From Octopus sinensis (taxonomy: Eukaryota), in NCBI RefSeq assembly GCF_006345805.1, contig NW_021826978.1, positions 1 to 11,582 of the forward strand: a stretch of DNA of 11,582 nucleotides, given 5' to 3'. Position numbers and translations under genes: made by a program. Below are positions 7,646 through 11,582 of the stretch, in pieces. Each line of letters begins with the position of its first letter. Position 1 is the first letter of the stretch. The notes beneath the pieces were generated by a model. That model searched no databases, was not told the origin of the DNA, and saw nothing but the letters and a program-made list of their open reading frames with translations.

Positions 7646-8200
7646 ATGCCCTGATGCAGTACCAGGCAGTGGCTCTCATGGCTTCTGATCTTAACTGATT
7701 GGAAGTGTTATCATGTACATTGTTTTGTCTTGGTATAAAAGATGGGCTACAGCAAATATTCTGCTCAATACCACAGATTTGCTTGTCAGTTGTTTGACCT
7801 TAACCAGTTGAGCATGTCCCTTAGTGGCTGACGATATGTGCATCTCTGATCACGAGCAGAAGTAGTGGGGGAGCATCATAGCCATGTGTGAGAGGGATTC
7901 TTTGGGATTGAATATTTCACCCTCTGGAAACATGGGTGGTTCTTTCAACATCCTTAAGCAACCCTTATTCAGGGACCGTTTGAGCGGGATGGGCTACTCA
8001 ACCTGAAGAAAATTCTAACTGGGCCCCACCTGCAAGGTCATGTGCTGTTTATCTTGATATGAGATCACCATGTCGCGCACATATGGTTGTGATGCATGTG
8101 CCTGGTGTACCTTTATCAGACGGGTAGTCATGATGGGTATATTGGGCTTCGTATATTTTACCCCAGTGTCACTTTGATGGCATGAACTGCTCTCTCACTC
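7646..8200 (+). mobile_element. Non-coding retroelement 3' region ending in an (AAT)n tail, inserted in an AAT array (Dong/R4-like)
   Basis: 555-bp complex sequence with AAT-type repeats on both sides, ending CTGCTCTCTCACTC-(AAT)18. No internal ORF of 60 aa or more. I recognise it as a common octopus repeat; the clade assignment is inferred from the target sequence. Confidence 0.65.

Positions 8201-8254
<54 letters not shown>
8201..8254. repeat. Pure (AAT)18
   Basis: Direct inspection. Confidence 0.97.
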
Positions 8255-8256
<2 letters not shown>

Positions 8257-8528
8257 ATGATGGGTTATATTGTATAGGAGTACAGTAATAATGTGAATAA
8301 AAGAAAAGAAGTGATTGAAAACATGCATATATATATATATGCGTGTGTGGGTGGGTGGGTAGGTGTGTATGAATATTGTACATGAATACAATATTGTGTG
8401 TCCATGCATGTGTTGTGTGCGTCAATTTTCCACCATCCGACAGACGAAGCACTGGAGCACTGACATGCTTTCTGCAGCACGTGTCCAGTATGACCAAATG
8501 TGACCGGCGTAAAGCTAACTGGGGACAT

Positions 8529-8541
8529 AGACACACACGTG

Positions 8542-8578
<37 letters not shown>

Positions 8579-9044
8579 GCGCATCTTCATACAAAACATA
8601 CACGCACACATGCAAACATATATATATATATGTATGCGTGTGTATATATATATATATGTGTGTGTGTGTATGCGTGTATATATATGTTTGTGTTTATGTA
8701 CATATATATATATATGTGTGTGTGTGTGTATGCGTGCGTATATATGTGTGTGTGTACAAATATATATGTGTGTATATGTATGTATATGCGTGTGTGTGTA
8801 TGTACAGCTATATATATATTCATATATATGTATATATATATATGTGTGTGTATATATATGTATATATGTATATATATATATATATAATACAAACATATAT
8901 ATATACATATACTCACACACACACATATATGCATATATATGTATACATATGTATACATATATGGTATGTATATTCATATGTGTATGTATGTATAGATATA
9001 TATATATATTATATATATATATATAATATATATATATATATATA
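8529..9044. repeat. Long compound (CA)n/(TA)n/(TG)n microsatellite
   Basis: About 500 bp of mostly alternating purine-pyrimidine sequence; source of the 123-300 aa pseudo-ORFs. Confidence 0.95.
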
Positions 9045-9221
9045 GGTGGCCCTTGGTGTATTCCAATTTGCAAGTGCACATGTTCAAGTGAGTGCACACA
9101 TTTATATCTATGTATATTTATATACGAGGAAATATATTTCCGTGTGTATACATGTGCAAATGTTTATGAATGTGTGTGTATGTGTGTATATCATTATATA
9201 TTCTTTTATATTGTTGCCGAC

Positions 9222-9285
9222 TCCATAGTATGGGGCACCGCCTTAAAAGGTTGAGATCGATTTTATCGACCCCGGAAATTTATCA
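9222..9285 (-). mobile_element. Decayed SINE tail fragment
   Basis: CCATAGTATGGGGCACCGCCTTAAAAGGTTGAGATCGATTTTATCGACCCCGGAAATTTAT resembles 6973-7030 and contains the TTATCGACCCC motif of the SINE core. Confidence 0.5.
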
Positions 9286-9419
9286 GGTAATTATATTACC
9301 TACCTGTCTAGGTCGTGCGGCAAACTCAGCCGCGCATGAATGGATCTACCTGCATTCAGGTATTTTGTCTAATCACGCACATTATGTCATCTCACGCCCA
9401 CAGGCTTAAGCGAGCGTAC

Positions 9420-9492
9420 ACGTGTTTTTGTATGTGTGTGTGTGTGTGGTGTTGCGTGTGTGTGTGTGTGCGTGTGTTTGTGTGTGTGTGTG
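9420..9492. repeat. (TG)n microsatellite
   Basis: Direct inspection. Confidence 0.92.
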
Positions 9493-9961
9493 CTTCGTAG
9501 TTGGGCTCTGGCTAGGAAGATCCGTGTTTTTGAAGAGTGAGGAACCACCTCTTAACTACCGTTATTTCAAGGCCTAGTCTGATCCAGAATGGAATAGTGG
9601 CACCTTGCGGTGACCAAACAATAGATTAATTAGCATATTAGGACTTGCCTACCTATGCGTGAAAAGACCATGTCCGGCGGACTCTGCAGAGGAAACTTTC
9701 GTGATGCAACGGATGACAAGGCGGCTGCAGCTACGCATTCTGGACAAGAGAGAGGAAAATGAATCAATACAGACATCTTGATCGTACACTGCAGCTGTAC
9801 GTCTCCATCCTATGTCGTCTTGACCCGACCTTGCAACTGATTTGAAGATAGTCATGGATGAAAGAATGAGGTTAATGGTGTACAAGTCTTCTTCACTTAA
9901 AACAAAGTCACCACGCAAACTTAATGATTAGATGGTCATCGTCGCTCTGACAGACGAACAT

Positions 9962-10045
9962 CACACACACACACACACACATGTACACAAAACCACACAC
10001 ATCTCTGTCCATATTCCATATATACATATACACATATATACATAT
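9962..10045. repeat. (CA)n/(TA)n microsatellite
   Basis: Direct inspection. Confidence 0.9.
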
Positions 10046-10513
10046 CAGTGGCGACTCCAGCACTCGGGCTGTTCGGGTTTAGCCCGGGCATAAATTTAGT
10101 AAAGTGAACGTGTATTTTCAAGCTGATTTAATTTCTGCCAACACTGACTTCAGGTGTGTAACTGCAGTCAATAACTCGGGCTCTTTTTATTAAGCTTGGT
10201 TGCAGTTCGTTTATTTTCGTTCAGCATCTGGCGGTCGTCTTAGAGGTGTCTTATATCAAAATATATCATTCGTAGCATACATTCTCTCGATATCGTTCAC
10301 ATATGCCTGACTCGGGCTCAAAAGTTACAGCCCGAGTTGTTATCTATAATCGTAAAAATTAAAAGTAATTCAAATTCAATGTTTTCTAGAAATAATAAAT
10401 TTCTCTAGAGATTAGAATTTAAAATCCAATCTATGAAAAGTTTCCGTTCTACAATATTGTTAAAGGAACGAAAACTTATCCAGCAACTCGGGCTAATACG
10501 AACGAGCCTGTTA
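10046..10513 (+). mobile_element. Probable hAT-like DNA transposon end with subterminal dyad motifs
   Basis: Begins CAGTGGCGACTCCAG, similar to hAT-type CAGTGGCG termini. ACTCGGGCT occurs four times plus one perfect inverted copy. No matching right terminus seen. Confidence 0.55.
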
Positions 10514-10561
10514 TGTGCAAAGGTCTAACTGGCATATCTTGTCAAGAGTACAAGTGACAGA

Positions 10562-11129
10562 TCGACTAATAAAGACGAATCAAGTTGAGCTGGCGAGTGT
10601 AGAGTGAAAGCCTTGAGGCAAGAATATAGGAGATGAACATAAGAGATGAAAGTCAAGAGATAGGAATATAAGAGATGCTTCGCGGCCGGCAGTCGAACGA
10701 AGAAAGAAAGATCATGCTTGGCCGAACACCGGTCACGTGGAAGGAAAAGAGAGAGAGAGATCAACTTGATTCGTCTGTATTAGTCGAAAGACACCTCTCC
10801 TTATTTTTCTTGTCCTTTGTATTCGTGATTCTGTAACATGTTCTCCGCTTTTTGTCTTTGTTGTACACATTCGCTTGCTGTCTACCCCCAAAAATGTAAT
10901 GCTCTTAGCTTAGATTTATGGGAGCAGCCACATTTGAACAGTCTCAAATGTAACTGCCCGAAACTGTAAGGAAGATTTGGTAACTTCACTGATGAGAGGA
11001 GTCTGCGAATGACCCGTCTTTGTGTTTATTCCTGTCCGTCTTTTTATTGTTTTTCCTGTCCATCTTCGCATCGTCTATCTGTCTGGATGTTCCATTGTCC
11101 GCGGTTGCGTTCTTGTTCCATTTTTTTTT
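10562..11129. mobile_element. Interspersed-repeat-like segment with a 27-bp inverted duplication
   Basis: TCGACTAATAAAGACGAATCAAGTTGA (10562-10588) and TCAACTTGATTCGTCTGTATTAGTCGA (10761-10787) are 26/27 reverse complements. Purine/pyrimidine skew flips at the second copy. The right boundary is uncertain. Confidence 0.55.
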
Positions 11130-11465
11130 ACTGTTCTCGGTACTGTTAACGGATTGCATTCAGCCGAGTATACTGGCATTGATGTAGCAACATTTGAAAT
11201 TTTGTCTTGGTGAATGCAGCTGAGGAGAGCTAATCAAATTTACATTAACAAACGTATTTTCAACAGTTTGAAACCTAGCGCCTAGATTATCTACACCTGG
11301 GCGGTACATTTACCTCATGTTCTTCTTACAGGTAAGATGACATCTTTAATGTTTGCCACCCGCACACATTTTTGCCAGTATGCAGACAGTGAAGTTTTAC
11401 AATAGCGTCGTATATTATCGACTGCTATTTCCAGTAAATATTGGTGCACTATTGTACCACCTTTC

Positions 11466-11498
11466 TATATTTATATGTGTGTGTGCGTATGTGTGCGT

Positions 11499-11544
<46 letters not shown>

Positions 11545-11554
11545 TGTAGGTGTA
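11466..11554. repeat. (TA)n/(TG)n microsatellite
   Basis: Direct inspection. Confidence 0.95.
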
Positions 11555-11582
11555 GGTGCAGGTGTGGCTGCGTGGTAAGAAG
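11555..11582 (+). mobile_element. Start of family A SINE head, running off the right window edge
   Basis: GGTGCAGGTGTGGCTGCGTGGTAAGAAG contains the A box TGGCTGCGTGG (11565-11575) and overlaps the reverse complement of 51-65. Confidence 0.65.

Noticed and set aside
8195-9097. 300-aa ORF and overlapping 116-216 aa ORFs
   Set aside because: They are translations of TA/TG/CA microsatellites (I/Y/H/T/C/V repeats), which lack stops in several frames; no domain content.
10062-10513. CRISPR-like array
   Set aside because: The repeat centre is not conserved, intervals are long and irregular, the context is eukaryotic, and there are no cas genes.
10955-11012. Hammerhead ribozyme (CGAAAC at 10959, CTGATGAG at 10989)
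   Set aside because: Stems I-III cannot be closed convincingly in any topology, and the downstream motif is CGAAT rather than CGAAA. An Infernal search would settle it.
1-11582. Same SINE family at both window ends acting as terminal inverted repeats of a large element
   Set aside because: The family appears highly abundant and both copies are cut by the window edges; coincidence or a contig break at repeats is more likely.

Overview
AT-rich, repeat-dense, non-coding eukaryotic DNA (intronic or intergenic). From memory, the interspersed repeats resemble those of Octopus (coleoid cephalopod) genomes; this is not verified by search. No protein-coding gene is supportable: the long ORFs are translations of microsatellites, and I recognise no domain in the short ones. 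The window is a mosaic of compound microsatellites and at least three tRNA-derived SINE families, including one full-length copy with a 15-bp target-site duplication. It also holds a TTAA-flanked foldback MITE, two ~135-bp near-zero-loop palindromes, a 555-bp element sitting inside an (AAT)n array (Dong/R4-like), and a hAT-like end with four 9-10-9 dyad motifs. Other notable structures are a composite repeat present twice with the same junction and a 27-bp inverted duplication with twin-priming geometry. I see no convincing novel multi-gene system; the interesting signals are mobile-element architecture and dsRNA-forming potential. Coordinates and identities were counted by eye.
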